DNA of 64,000 nucleotides from Macrostomum hystrix (GCA_950097015.1 CATNEN010000038.1:7130001-7194000), one strand, 5' to 3'; shown: positions 1 to 13,745, numbered from the stretch's first letter. Program-made: numbers and translations. The notes: generated from the letters alone by a model not told the origin.

Positions 1-218
1 ATGAGAGATTTAAGTTGTAAATTTATATTCAAATCCCAAGGGATCGGGTTTGCACACATCAATCCAAAGTTCCGAATAGTTTCACAGAGGACAAGTCAGT
101 AATCTCAGAAAATTATTTTCTTGAACTTCAACATTTTGATCGAGTTCTAGTTTTAATATTACGAGAGTTAAAAACCTCGTAGTAAAAAAGCTATTAGTCA
201 GTTTGAACTAATACTATT

Positions 219-830
219 TCAAAGTTCAAACTCGATGGGGATGCGGTGCTCGGCATTGCCGTCCTTCCTGATCAAGCACTCGGCGGCGGCAGCATCTGGC
301 TCTGCGGTGATGACGTTGTGCACGACGGTGCTGGTGCCTTCCTTGACGGTCAACTTGTCGCTCTTGTTGGCGAACTCGCTCAGTTTGGTCATGAAGAACT
401 GGGCCTCGCGGCTGATGACGGCGCCGAACTCGTTTTTGGCCTGGCAGACGATGCTCCTGGTCAAGTACACGAACCGCGGGTTGACGATCACCAGCTGGCT
501 GCGCTCTTCGATGCTGTCGGGTGGGCACTGGTGAGCCTTGCAGTCGTGCTTCAGGTTGAAGAAGGCGGTGGTGGTGGTGGTGATGGACGCCTCCTTCAGC
601 GGCTCGTGCGGGTTGATGATGATCTTGGCGTCCATGAGCTCAGCAGAGACTGGTTCTCGGCCTTTTTGATGAAGTGCCTCTCGATGGTCGTCTTGGGCGC
701 GCCGTAGGCCAGGCAGTTGAAGGTGACGATGAATGGCTTGACCTCCTTCTTGGCGTCTGCTGGCAGGTTGACCATGGAGTCGGCGATGAACAGGTGCTCG
801 GGCTCCATCTGGAACTGCGGTCTCTGGGCG
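219..830 (-). pseudogene. Contactin/L1-type Ig-domain fragment with a frameshift near 640
   Basis: Frame 1 reads PQFQMEPEHLFI..VTFNCLAYGAPKTTIE and frame 2 reads QLVIVNPR..IVCQAKNEFGAVISREAQ. Together they form one Ig domain resembling contactin Ig1 (C-x-A-x-N-x-FG-x-x-SREA). The core Trp and the D-x-G-x-Y motif are missing and no intron explains the frame change. Confidence 0.5.
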
Positions 831-1395
831 GCCGGGTGCTTTGAGCTACTACTTGTATATTGCCGACGCATGTCAAAGAGAAAAAACTTTAAGTGTGGTC
901 AAACAAAGACAACGTGCAGCAAAGTGCAGCAAAGTCTTTATTTGCATACAGCGCACGAGTCCGTTATACACCATACCATTTTAGTGGCCGTGTGCCTTGT
1001 GCTTCAGTCTGAGTTTGAGCGGGACTAGGTTAAGCTGTCTTTGTGCCAGGGCGCCTGTCTGCCTACCAATACGCGGCATCCATTCCTAACTCACCGCTGA
1101 AGCCTTCTGAAAATTCAAAGGCGCCACTTTGATGCCGCTGGCCTATGACAAAGCCATGGAGTAATAAAGTGTCATTGCTTTATTGCTGTTTTACTGAATA
1201 GAACTTTAGGTCGTTTGAAAGCTAAAAATGTGTCTGTTCTAAGTTTATTGAACCTTGTTGATTTCATATCAAGATTTAAATTTGTCCAGTTTTTTTTATT
1301 TAGAAGAGTAAATAAAACTTTTGTTTGAAACTAAACTGGACTAAGGACATTAAAAGAATTAAAAAAAACTCGCTACAGTACCTCTGGGTATTCCA

Positions 1396-2592
1396 GAAAA
1401 CTGGCCAAGGAATCTTTCATTGGGACGAAAGATTCCTTGGCCAGTTTTCCTCCGATGGAGGAGTTTCATTGGGTCTAAAGATTCCTTGGCCAGTTTTCCT
1501 CCGACGGAGGAGTTTCATTGGGACGAAAGATTCCTTGGCCAGTTTTCCTCCGACGGAGGAGTTTCATTGGGTCTAAAGATTCCTTGGCCAGTTTTCCTCC
1601 GACGGAGGAGTTTCATTGGGACGAAAGATTCCTTGGCCAGTTTTCCTCCGACGGAGGAGTTTCATTGGGACGAAAGATTCCTTGGCCAGTTTTCCTCCGA
1701 CGGAGGAGTTTCATTGGGACGAAAGATTCCTTGGCCAGTTTTCCTCCGATGGAGGAGTTTCATTGGGACGAAAGATTCCTTGGCCAGTTTTCCTCCGACG
1801 GAGGAGTTTCATTAGGACGAAAGATTCCTTGGCCAGTTTTCCTCCGATGGAGGAGTTTCATAGGGTCTTAAGATTCCTTGGACAGTTTTCCTCCGATGGA
1901 GGAGTTTCATTGGGACGAAAGATTCCTTGGACAGTTTTCCTCCGATGGAGGAGTTTCATTAGGACGAAAGATTCCTTGGCCAGTTTTCCTCCGATGGAGG
2001 AGTTTCATTGGGTCTTAAGATTCCTTGGCCAGTTTTCCTCCGACGGAGGAGTTTCATAGGGTCTAAAGATTCCTTGGACAGTTTTCCTCCGATGGAGGAG
2101 TTTCATTGGGTCGAAAGATTCCTTGGCCAGTTTTCCTCCGATGGAGGAGTTTCATTGGGTCTAAAGATTCCTTGGACAGTTTTCCTCCGATGGAGGAGTT
2201 TCATAGGGACGAAAGATTCCTTGGACAGTTTTCCTCCGATGGAGGAGTTTCATAGGGACGAAAGATTCCTTGGCCAGTTTTCCTCCGACGGAGGAGTTTC
2301 ATTGGGACGAAAGATTCCTTGGCCAGTTTTCCTCCGATGGAGGAGTTTCATTGGGTCTAAAGATTCCTTGGCCAGTTTTCCTCCGACGGAGGAGTTTCAT
2401 TGGGACGAAAGATTCCTTGGCCAGTTTTCCTCCGACGGAGGAGTTTCATTGGGTCTAAAGATTCCTTGGCCAGTTTTCCTCCGAGGGAGGAGTTTCATTG
2501 GGACGAAAGATTCCTTGGCCAGTTTTCCTCCGACGGAGGAGTTTCATTGGGACGAAAGATTCCTTGGCCAGTTTTCCTCCAATGGAGGAGTT
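1396..2592. repeat. 49-bp minisatellite, about 24 copies
   Basis: Unit GAAAGATTCCTTGGCCAGTTTTCCTCCGAYGGAGGAGTTTCATTGGGAC. The array is preceded by an inverted partial copy at 1396-1418. Confidence 0.97.
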
Positions 2593-3485
2593 CGATTGTC
2601 CTTGTTAAAAATCTACGCCAAGTCCAACACAAACTGAAATTCAATGATATTTCGGAAAAGTAAAGTCTAATTATACACATCGCTTAGTTGGCTTCTGGAA
2701 GTTACAGATCAAACAAAAATTAAGGTAAAAAAACAAATCATTGATAAAAAGTGCGCTAATTTTATTTTAAAAAAAGGAAATCGAGCGTGTATAAAGTTCA
2801 GTAGTGAGAATGAAAATTTTCAGAACTCAGCTTAAGCTTAACAAGTTACAGTTAGCTATGGCATCTAGACAATGCTACTATGATGAAACGAAAATGACAG
2901 CTCGTTAGTGCACTTTTGCGTTGTTACAGAAAAGAGACAAGTCAATACAATAGAAGAAAACAAGGAGCTGAAAATTTGTTTGATTTATTTGAGGCAGGAT
3001 TATATCTGTACTAACCAAGAGATTCTGTTTCCTTTTAATTGAGATGGGGGATCTTATCAAATTTTCACAAGTTGAAGGAAATATTAGCTCTGTTTTACGA
3101 AAAATTCAAAAGCTTACTAACAATATTAGAGTCTTTGGTCGTGTGCGATCGCTGTCCATGCCAAAATTTATTACGAAACAGTTTGAGGCTCAATATTGAT
3201 TAGAGCCTCGGGATTTTGATCGAGAGGTCAGGAGTTCGATTTAAGTGCAAGACATTAAAATCCCTACTTCTTACTAATTTCTACCTGACTTTAAAACGGG
3301 TACAACATTAGTTGGGATAGTAACTTGGGTACATCAGGTGGCCTCACCAATCCATGGACTAAACTGCTGTCTTCAGCCTTTGAAGTCGCCTCAATTTATC
3401 ATTAAGATTCATGCAATAGGCTATGCGATAGCAGATGGCCATTGACCAATGACCAATGAACCAACAATTAACAAACAAAAGTTAA

Positions 3486-4544
3486 TCACAGCCCCGTTTC
3501 GCTGTCCGAGTCGGCAGTGTTCGATGCACGCAGCCGGTTCAACCGATTCGGGAAGATCAATGTCTCGCGCCTCTGCCTGAGGAACGGATCCTGCAATGAG
3601 ATGTCATTGTCCAGAGTTGTTCTATGCCAGTTTTTATTTATGGTTGTAGGTGAAAGTTGCAGGGACGAACAAGCGCACGTTTTAGAAAAAATGACAATGA
3701 GAGACATTTTAAGTTTCAAACATTCCCTACAAAATAGGGGGATGAGTGGCATAGCGGTTAACGCGTTTGCCTCTCGCACCAAGGTTCATGAGCTCGATTG
3801 AAAGTGTACACTGCCTGACGATGAGAAAGTCGGAGCAGATGTTCACACCTGTGTGAGCGGGTGCCTGCGTACGGTATCTGTGTGCGTATGTGCTCAGGAG
3901 TCAGCGAAATGGGCATAATTGCCTCCTCTCTGCCTGCAGGACTAATGCCACCAAATGGTGTGCCATTGTCCGCAGCCCTCCTGCAATTATTATTGCTATT
4001 ATTATTATTGTTATTCATTATAAAGTAGTTCTGGAGAGCACAAGATGTCAGGGTGACTCACATCGGACTTGACATCCTCCGGCACGGCCAGCCGCCGCAA
4101 CGGTTCTCCGCCAAAATCGCTGCACACATGCCGGTGATGGTGGTGCGCAGCCTCGGCGACCTCCGTCATTCCCTCTAAGTCGAACTGGTCGGTGCCGCTA
4201 GACTGCGAATTCAGGTCGTAGGTGTTGTACAGAAACGGCAGCCGGTTGTGCAAACTCTTGGCCAGGGCTTTGATGCGGAGTTTGCGCTTCTCGCTGGCCA
4301 ATAGGCGACGGCTCAGCTCACGACCGCTCACTAGGCCGAGCAGAGTGGCAGTGATGGACTGCGGGTAGATCAAGGATGGTGGGGATGAGCGATGAACTGG
4401 GACGATTCATGACCGTCCAAACCCAAGGATCCTACTCACGTGCTTCCCAACTGAGTCCATGCGAATGTATCGAATATCGATATTTGCTTCTTGGTTCCTG
4501 TGTTCGTTAGGGTTGCCTCGCTCAATTGTTGAGCCTTCGTTTGA

Positions 4545-4578
<34 letters not shown>

Positions 4579-7500
4579 TTTCGTTTCTTGCACTTTCTTA
4601 CCAGCACGTTTCGCCAGCGCATCATAGCGTCTGAAACCGGTTTCCTAATGAGCCTAGATTTCAAATAAGAGAGTTAAAAGTCATGTGGCAAAGACCAACT
4701 CACGCGTCATGTCGATGAAGACAACGCAGTTGGTCCAAGTTTTCACTTCAGCATCCGCGTTGATCTGCTGTACATCGCCAACAATCAGGCCGATAAACAG
4801 GTTCATGAGCACGATGGGCATTGTGACTATGAAGAAAAAGTACACGAATCTCGTCAGAACATCGTCATAAACCTGCGGGTTGTGGCATGAGAATATCAGG
4901 CTATTTGAGGGTTCCAGAACGGTCTTAATTAGCCTAGCGGTCCCGGTGGCCAATGCGAATCACAGTTAGAATAGTGGGAGGAGATATAATGAATAGTGCA
5001 GGGATAGTGGAGGAATAGTGGAGGAATATAACTAAATAACTAACGAGCAGTTTGAGTGCCTCATGATAGCCTAACTGTGTGAATCTAAATTATGCAAAGA
5101 GCTCACAGCAAACTACAATCCACCCACAGGAGCTTTGCAACTAATGAGATTAGCCAGCATTTTGGTATATGGAGGTTGAGATGGGTGTTTCCAGTGACAT
5201 TTCAGACAATGCAGAGCTCACTCACCAGCTTCTGATCCACAGGGCTGAGTTTCCCCTCGTCTTTGTTATAGATTGAGCTAAAAATATCATTGTAATCCAA
5301 GCCACCAGTCATCATGTCGAAAACCTTTAAAAACGATACCCAGTAGTCTCTGAAGTTGTACTGGTTGTACAAGAGCATGTGGAAGACCTGTACGAAGGCT
5401 AGAATGAAGCACAAGAATGAGATGAGCACTCCCATGCCTGTCTTGACCGAGGTGTAGAACATCATCACATAGGTGCTGAACACCTGGAAGCGGGACAAGT
5501 AGAAGAACATCATGCACCAAGCAAGGAAAGCGGCAAACACTGACACCGTCCACTGCCAGTTTTCGCGGAAGCCGCTGGACCACGGGCATTCGGACACATT
5601 GATGCAGGACAGAAATATCAGAATGTACATCACCAACTCGACCAAATTTTGAATCCAGTTTTTAAAGTATATTCGGCGATTTGTCGCAGCTTGGTAGATC
5701 TCTTTGATGAGGGACAAAGCCGAGATAGCCAAGAGCACGTATTGCGCAGGCGTGATCCAGAACCAGCCCCTGTCCCAGTCGTACACAGGGCAGCGAGTGA
5801 ACTCGACGTCGCTACCCGCTAGGCACTGGGTCTGGTCCAGGAGCCGGCCCGCGCAGATCTCGCAGCTTGTATTAAATGACTCACAGTCGCTGGATCGGTG
5901 AACGAAGAAGCTAATGCCTGGGCACTTGGCGTAGTGGCAGTTGTAATAGCCGGTCACGCGGTACGACTCAGGACTGCGCAGCAGGTGAAAGCCGGAGAAA
6001 TGGCTCGGCTCAGACCTGGGGTTGGTAGTCACCCAGGAAAGGTGGCCAACTAACAGCACCAGGTAGACTAGGTGGAACAGATTCATGAACACGGCCATAA
6101 AGAACGAGCCAACGTAGAAGCGCTGCAGGTACTCTGACACCATCGGGTGACTCTTGAGCGTCGAGTTGCCGGCCATCACGCGCATCAGGCGGGAGTTCAT
6201 GCGGTCCGGCTCGCCTTCCAGCTCTCGAAAAATCCCTTGCTCCATGCGCACTGCGTCAACCAGAAGCTTCTTCTTAATTTTCGGTGCTAAATTATTGCCT
6301 TTCTTTGACTTGCCTCCAGACTGCATTTCTTCCGCCGCGTTCGCCTCAGTGTCAGCTGGTTGAGATACAATCTCGCAGGTGAGGAAATAGTCGTACACCA
6401 ACACCAGAGTGACTAGTGCGTCTTCATCGTCTATGGCCAGCTTCAGCAGGCCGAGATGATGCCTCTGAACATAATCGTGCCAGTGATGCTGGATGACCGA
6501 GTCTTGATGATGCTGGCCCTCATGACCGCCTTTCTCGAATCCTTGATTGTCCTGCTGACCATGACTGTGACCGTGAGCTACTCCGTTGGCTGGCGCGGTA
6601 TGATCCGCGTTGTCTAGGCTGTCATGGTGATGGTCGTGGCCCTGGCAAGGTGTCCTCGAGTTCAGCATCTCCAGCAGCTCTGGAAACTTTCGGATGCTAT
6701 CTAGGACGGTGGAGGAGCTCACCTTCATCATGACAGATGGATGTCGCCGCATCAAGTCGAGCACAAGAATGGAGACACCCAGAGACAGGGCCAAGGACAG
6801 GACGCTAATTGTAATATCGCGGTCGTCAACATCCTTATGCGTGAAGCTGTGATTCGGATCAATTCCTTCGCCAAGCAGAAAGTTGAAAACCTCCATAAAC
6901 TGGCGAACCCGCTCTTCCTCAAGAGTTCCGCTGGCCTCCATGTCCTTCAGACCGGCGCCACAGATCTCAACGAATGCCATGAGCAGTGTATAGCGACCCA
7001 TCACGAGGCACTTCATGTTAAAGCCCTTGCTTTTGAGAGTTTTTAACGCCACTAGGAGCATCTTGTAGCGCTGGCTGAATGTTCGCATCAGCACAATGGC
7101 CAGGTTGCAGCACTTCTTGTCCCGGAGGTTCAACCTGAAACTGGCTGGAATCTTGCGTAACAGGCTTAGCGAGAGCCAGCCCGGACAGGTGGGCTCGAAG
7201 GCTGCAAACATTGACACCTTGCCGTCGACTACAGCGTTCAAATCTAGCTGCGCATCCTCGATCACGGCCAGGTATTCGGGCAGGATGCGGGATAGCTTCT
7301 CTTTAGGCAGGAGCGACTGGTCGAAGTTGGTCTCGCGGAACAGGTAGTGCATGATCCAGTGGAACAGGCTGTCCTTGTAGCGCTGCCGCCGGATGGAGTC
7401 GGAGCTGGTCGAGGCGGCGAAGCTGCTCAGAGACTCCAGCACCAGGCCGAGGCTGGCTGGGCTCAGGGCGGCCGACTGGGCGCTGCCTTCTATCACTCCT

Positions 7501-10500
7501 GGAGACAGCTTCAGCTCCGCTCGGACGCCTTGAATCAGAGCCATGGAGAGCTGTCGGGGGATAGAAGAGAGGATATGTATCTGTAGTGCATTGTGCCCAA
7601 GGCGGCGGTTTGGAACTGGCTTGCCTGAGACCCACCCCCCACCCTTTTTGTGCCCTGGACCAAGAGCCGATTGGCTGGTCCTTCTGCCCTCCTTCTCACG
7701 TTTCTCGCAGTTCTGCATGGCTCTGCCTAACACCCATTCCTTTTTACCCAATCAGCTCTGCGCATCGTTGCCCCCGCCCAGTACTAACCAGCCTTTTTTA
7801 TGCTAGTCAGGCCTACCCCGCCCAGCGCGCGGATTGGGTGGTGAAGTTAGCTACACTCTCTCTCACTCTTTTCCTCGCCTTTCGCCGTGGCAGCTCAGGA
7901 CCACAAGGGGCGGGGGGAAGCAGACGTAAAGACAATCTCTACACGCCAGTGGAGGCAACGATCCCAGGGTGAAATTTACACCTCTGACTGGCGGAGAGAG
8001 GAATGTGCTTGTAATGGTGGCCGGGTGCTACTTCGCTGTCGTCAAATGGAATTTTTTGAGCTCACCTTATTTAAACAGGGTACCTAAGCATCGTTTGAGT
8101 TGGATTAATGGAATTCAGGTGATACGAGTCCCCCCAACCTCCTCCGGAGGAGGATTTCACCTAGCTTTTTCTACTTTTGTCACAGAATACGAGCTACAAT
8201 TAAGGCAAGTTCATGACATAATGTCATGATGTCATTTTTGCTTATGAACTTTTAAGATGTCATTTTAAAATGAACAGTCAAAGAACATGTAAAATCGTGT
8301 GTTTGTTTGATGTGCTTTCATTTTAGTGAGAAAAAAGTCGTGTTATAAAGTCGTGTAACTATATCAGTTAGTTATCTCTCTGTGCCTTAGAGGTTGGCCT
8401 TCAGTTGCAATATTAAGGGCGTAAATTGCACGAAAAGCCCCCAAGCCTTTCCTCTCTTCGGGGGCTGAGCGCCAAAATAAATTTGGCCTTGGCGCGGAAT
8501 CGAGCTCAGGACCCCTTGGTGCGAGATGCAAACGCGTTAGACCGCTCTGCCACTCACCCCCATCTGGGGATATTATGTGACATGTAGCACATTCATATCC
8601 AAAGTCGACAAGACATTTTTGCATTAATTGGAATTATTGAGAACAGTCTAAACTCATATTTCTTTCCAGTTTTATCACTGTCTAATTTTAGCAACAACTC
8701 ACTGCATGCGCCATGCCATAAGAACATGCAGTTGCAGTGCGTGTAAAACCAAAGTTGAGTTAATTATTCATAGTAACAAGATTTGAACAATAGTCAGTTG
8801 CACTAGTAATTCCTGCAGGGTTCATTGTTGAGTTCATCTGATGGCAACGCAAATTCTCCAGCTATGCCGCGTAGCTTGTATTTCATTTCGCTCACGCACT
8901 CACATCAACTGGCATTTGAAATACACGAATAATCATACACAACGAACGATCGCGCAAATAAGGAATCCTTTGAGACTAAAAATAATCTAAAAGTCCACTT
9001 AGAAACTTTCTTTAATTACTCTCGACAGTCACAAGCATTGTTGCACCTTCAGTGGGATCACATTCACAAACTGCCTTATATTTCCTTATTCTCACACACG
9101 ATCTCGTACTTAGCCAGGGAATTGCTAAGGCGATAAGCTTCCTTCTCAAACCGCCTGGCCCTTGAAAACCATTGCAAAGCCCTGAGCCAGCAGTTGCGTT
9201 ATAAAATCTCCAAGTCGTGGCCTAATCGGTATTAGACCCCTGGCAACAAGTGCGTGGAGCTCTCAGCCCGCACTCTAGCGAAGGCTTTGTCACTCAAGAC
9301 AGGCGGGCTCCTCCCTGATCAGGCAGCGCTTCCCCTGTTTCTGCAAGCCGTGTCGCGCTCTGTTTAGAAACGAAACAACCTGGCTTTGACAGCTTTCACT
9401 CAAACTGCAGCCACTCGTGATGCCAATTTCTAAAACACTTTCCTAAAGTGCATTCATGTTCTTTGCATAGCAATGCAAGGATGGGAAATTTGTTTTCGCG
9501 TGTGAAAATTTATCGCTTGACTCACCTGCGGGACGCTGGGAAAGATGCTGGAGATATTCACATGCCGAGAGAAGTGCTTGAGCAGTGCTTTGACAGTAGC
9601 TGGCGGAATTTGCGGGTTCCGCAGCATCTGCACCACCACGTTCATCTCCATGTCCAGCGACTCCTCGCCGAGCTCCCTCATCTCACTCTGATGGGGATCG
9701 CTGAGTACCAGGGCGCCAGAGGCTGTGAGCAGTTCGCACGCAATCTCCAGGATCTCCTGGTCAGTGCGGAACGTGCAGCTGAGGCAGGTGATCATAACGC
9801 TCAGGTCAACCTTCGCATTGGCTGAAACCAGGCGTTGGACCAGGTGGCAGAGGTCGTGCCCGCTAAAGTGCTCGCTGTTGATGAGAACTTCCAGGCAGCT
9901 CCGCTTGTCGAAGTAAGCGGTGTCAGGTGTGGCGCCTCGCTTTAACAGGAAGGTCACGAATTCCATTGCCACCGCCGGATCCTTCACATGCGAGATGACG
10001 GCGCTCAAGAGGTTCTCTGATCGACCGGAGGCGTCCAACTCGCCTGTTAGAAAGGGCTTCGGCAAACTCTGCATCATTATAAAGAGCATCGCGGTGCCGT
10101 CAGCAACGCAGGCTTTCATCAACGGGGTCAGCTTTCGACCTGTGCGCTCCTGCTGACGGAACATTGCCTGCAGGGCCGCCTCACCGAGGCAGTCCTTCGT
10201 CAGCAGGTTGGCCAGAACAAACGGGCTCTCCAGCTCGATGCTCACATGCAAAATGTTGCGCCCGTCCTCATCGGTGTCGGTGAGCTTTCGGAGAAAGCCG
10301 TGCCTCACGAGCCACTCGAACGAGTCGAACGAGTCGCGCAGGGTCACCATGAAAAAGCTGGGCACCGAGCGCCAGTTGAGCCTGCGCTGCTCCAGCGCAA
10401 ACACAGAGTCCTCCGGCAGGTCCGACTGGGGCGCGAAATCAATGCAGAGGTTAACCTTCTTGGCGAACAGACTTGGCGACAGAATGTCGTGCGTCTGTAG

Positions 10501-10917
10501 GAATTGCAGCACCCTCGGACTGGCGCAGAGGCACAGCATGTGGCCCAGGAACATGTTGCGGCAGCCGATTTTCACACCGGAGCGCGTGCTCAGCTCGATC
10601 TTGAAGCCGGATAGCCGCTTGATGAGCTGCTGAAGCAGTGGTAGGAACTCTTGCATGCGGTTAAAATTGTCCTCAATGATGGCCGTCATCAGCTGGCTAA
10701 GCAGGGGCTCGGTCGTCAATGACCAGCCGCTGCGAGTCTTTAACTCTTCCGGCAGGGCTTCACCACGGTTCATCAGGCTGAACAGCGGCTGGCTGGTGTC
10801 CAGGTGCTCGCGATCGGCCAGGTTGGACACGGACGCGATGCGGCTGGAGGCGACCGCTCGGCCACCGTGCGAAGTCGACTCTGACCGCGTGGTCGACCAT
10901 CGCGGAGAATTCTGCAT
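3486..10917 (-). CDS. TRPA-like ankyrin-repeat TRP cation channel, about 1492 aa, 6 exons
   Basis: Exons 10917-9526, 7550-5226, 4872-4704, 4630-4440, 4358-4062, 3590-3486. All introns are GTGAGT..CAG with consistent phase. Ankyrin-like motifs (DEDGRNILHVSI, LTPLMKAC), TRPA-type S4-S6 (WQWTVSVFAAFLAW, SFLKVFDMMTGGLDY pore, MPIVLMNLFIGLIVGDVQQI). Confidence 0.88.
3737..4012 (+). mobile_element. tRNA-derived SINE (family A), internally deleted copy
   Basis: A-box-like GTGGCATAGCGG, B-box-like GAGCTCGATT, shared body (GTGCTCAGGAGTCAGCGAAATGGGCA) and (ATT)n tail. Homologous to 25687-26030. Confidence 0.8.
8380..8561 (-). mobile_element. SINE family A, 5' part
   Basis: Reverse complement reads GGGGGTGAGTGGCAGAGCGGTCTAACGCGTTTGC...GAGCTCGATTCC...GGCTTGGGGGC, matching the 25687 copy. 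Confidence 0.8.
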
Positions 10918-12149
10918 GCTGGCTAGCTAGTGGCCTGTCAGGCACATTCTTCAGTTGCGTTAGATTTTTTTTTTTTTGCTTAATCCACTAAAAAGGCGCA
11001 AGTCCGGCCCCCTTTTATCGGCCAGCAGCTTTGAGCCCGGCCAGGAATAGAGTAGCTTTTTAATTGGCCCTCGGGGGGTAGCGCATTTTGAAGAGGCCGT
11101 GCGGAGAGTGGACGGGTGTTCAGTACCCCTAACACCCCCAACAAGCCAGTCCCATTGTCGCGGTCCACCAAACCAGAGTTTGAATGCCGCATCTCTAACC
11201 GTCTGTCTCTAAGTCCACCCTGGCTTGACTCACTGAGCCAGCACCTCCAACACAGTTTGCATGCGTGAGCAGGCGCTTGAGATAAAGAAAGCAAAAAGCT
11301 GTCGTCGGACGGACTCACTCAAATTACTCAAAGGACTCACAGTTGATGTGTTTTTTGCATTTCGTATGCTGGCTGTGTTGAATAATAATGATACTACATA
11401 ATTTGCTCAATAACAGCCTGACAGATTCTGTTACTTAGAAATTAGTATTATTTGATACAATAGCACACAGTGACAAACTATTTAGCGAACGGGGAAATCG
11501 CCTCAATCCTAAAGCCTTCAGTAGAGTTCTATGAATCATCTCGAGGAAGTAACAAATACGAGCCGGACGTAGTTTGCCATTTAAAGGGCTTTCAATTTAC
11601 GTCTTCACTTGAATTATTAATGACACGTAAGAGGAGATTTTAATGTCTTCAATGACACCGAATTCTACAGTCTCCCTAAGTGTCCCAATTCGAGATAAAG
11701 TGCGCAAAATAATTGAGGGCAAAGTGCAGGCCAAGCTATAAGAATTTATGCTAGCAACGTCAGCACAATGGAATTAAGTAAAGCAATGGTCAGCCAGGCA
11801 TAATTAAGCTATGTTTCGGAGCTAAGGGAGTTATCTTCATAATTCGCCGCAGTACCCTACTCAGAAACCTGGGCGTCGTATACCTATACTGTAACCCACC
11901 TCACAAGTGCTTGGGCTCAGAACTCAATAGTTAGATAGCCACCCCGAGCAGAAAACAGCTCAGCAGTGTATATTGCCCTCCTATTTGCTTGGCATTGATG
12001 AAACAGTGCGCCAAGCCACTCTATAGCGCAATGCCCAGTAACATACTTGAAAAACACAACAGACAATGCGGGGCAGCGCAGCAACTAAGAATGTACTATT
12101 CGCTGTCTAGTTGCTGAAGTGAATAGTAACACATGGAACACTGCCTGAG

Positions 12150-13745
12150 GCGTCACAGCAGCCAAAGAACACAGTCACAGCAGCCAGAGAACACTGCCTG
12201 AGGGGTCACAGCAGCCAAAGAACACAGTCACAGCAGCCAGAGAACACAGTCACAGCAGCCAGAGAACACAGTCACAGCAGCCAGAGGACACAGTCACAGC
12301 AGCCATAGAACACAGTCACAGCAGCCAGAGAACACTGCCTGAGGGGTCACAGCAGCCAAAGAACACAGTCACAGCAGCCAGAGAACACAGTCACAGCAGC
12401 CAGAGAACACAGTCACAGCAGCCAGAGGACACAGTCACAGCAGCCAGAGGACACAGTCACAGCAGCCATAGAACACAGTCACAGCAGCCAGAGAACACAG
12501 TCACAGCAGCCAGAGAACACAGTCACAGCAGCCAGAGAACACAGTCACAGCAGCCAGAGAACACAGTCACAGCAGCCAGAGGACACAGTCACAGCAGCCA
12601 GAGGACACAGTCACAGCAGCCAGAGGACACAGTCACAGCAGCCAGAGGACACAGTCACAGCAGCCAGAGGTCACAGTCACAGCAGCCAGAGGTCACAGTC
12701 ACAGCAGCCAGAGGACACAGCAGCCAGAGAACACAGTCACAGCAGCCAGAGGACACAGTCACAGCAGCCAGAGGACACAGTCACAGCAGCCAGAGGTCAC
12801 AGTCACAGCAGCCAGAGGTCACAGCAGCCAGAGAACACAGTCACAGCAGCCAGAGGACACAGTCACAGCAGCCAGAGGACACAGTCACAGCAGCCAGAGG
12901 ACACAGTCACAGCAGCCAGAGGACACAGTCACAGCAGCCAGAGGTCACAGTCACAGCAGCCAGAGAACACAGTCACAGCAGCCAGAGGACACAGTCACAG
13001 CAGCCAGAGGACACAGTCACAGCAGCCAGAGGACACAGTCACAGCAGCCAGAGGACACAGTCACAGCAGCCAGAGGTCACAGTCACAGCAGCCAGAGGAC
13101 ACAGTCACAGCAGCCAGAGGTCACAGTCACAGCAGCCAGAGGTCACAGCAGCCAGAGAACACAGTCACAGCAGCCAGAGGACACAGTCACAGCAGCCAGA
13201 GGACACAGTCACAGCAGCCAGAGGACACAGTCACAGCAGCCAGAGGACACAGTCACAGCAGCCAGAGGTCACAGTCACAGCAGCCAGAGGACACAGTCAC
13301 AGCAGCCAGAGGTCACAGTCACAGCAGCCAGAGGACACAGTCACAGCAGCCAGAGGTCACAGTCACAGCAGCCAGAGGTCACAGCAGCCAGAGAACACAG
13401 TCACAGCAGCCAGAGGTCACAGCAGCCAGAGGACACAGTCACAGCAGCCAGAGGACACAGTCACAGCAGCCAGAGGACACAGTCACAGCAGCCAGAGGAC
13501 ACAGTCACAGCAGCCAGAGGACACAGTCACAGCAGCCAGAGGTCACAGTCACAGCAGCCAGAGGACACAGTCACAGCAGCCAGAGGACACAGTCACAGCA
13601 GCCAGAGGACACAGTCACAGCAGCCAGAGGACACAGTCACAGCAGCCAGAGGACACAGTCACAGCAGCCAGAGGTCACAGTCACAGCAGCCAGAGGACAC
13701 AGTCACAGCAGCCAGAGGACACAGTCACAGCAGCCAGAGGACACA
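12150..13745. repeat. 21-bp minisatellite, about 75 copies
   Basis: Unit ACACAGTCACAGCAGCCAGAG-type with GA/GG/GGT variants. Confidence 0.97.

Noticed and set aside
1396-2592. CRISPR-like array of palindromic repeats (also 23855-24900 and 51710-53607)
   Set aside because: Units are head-to-tail with no unique spacers, there are no cas genes, and the context is eukaryotic.
9454-10917. Separate ankyrin-protein gene
   Set aside because: The GTGAGT donor after 9526 joins in phase to the acceptor at 7550, making it exon 1 of the TRP channel.
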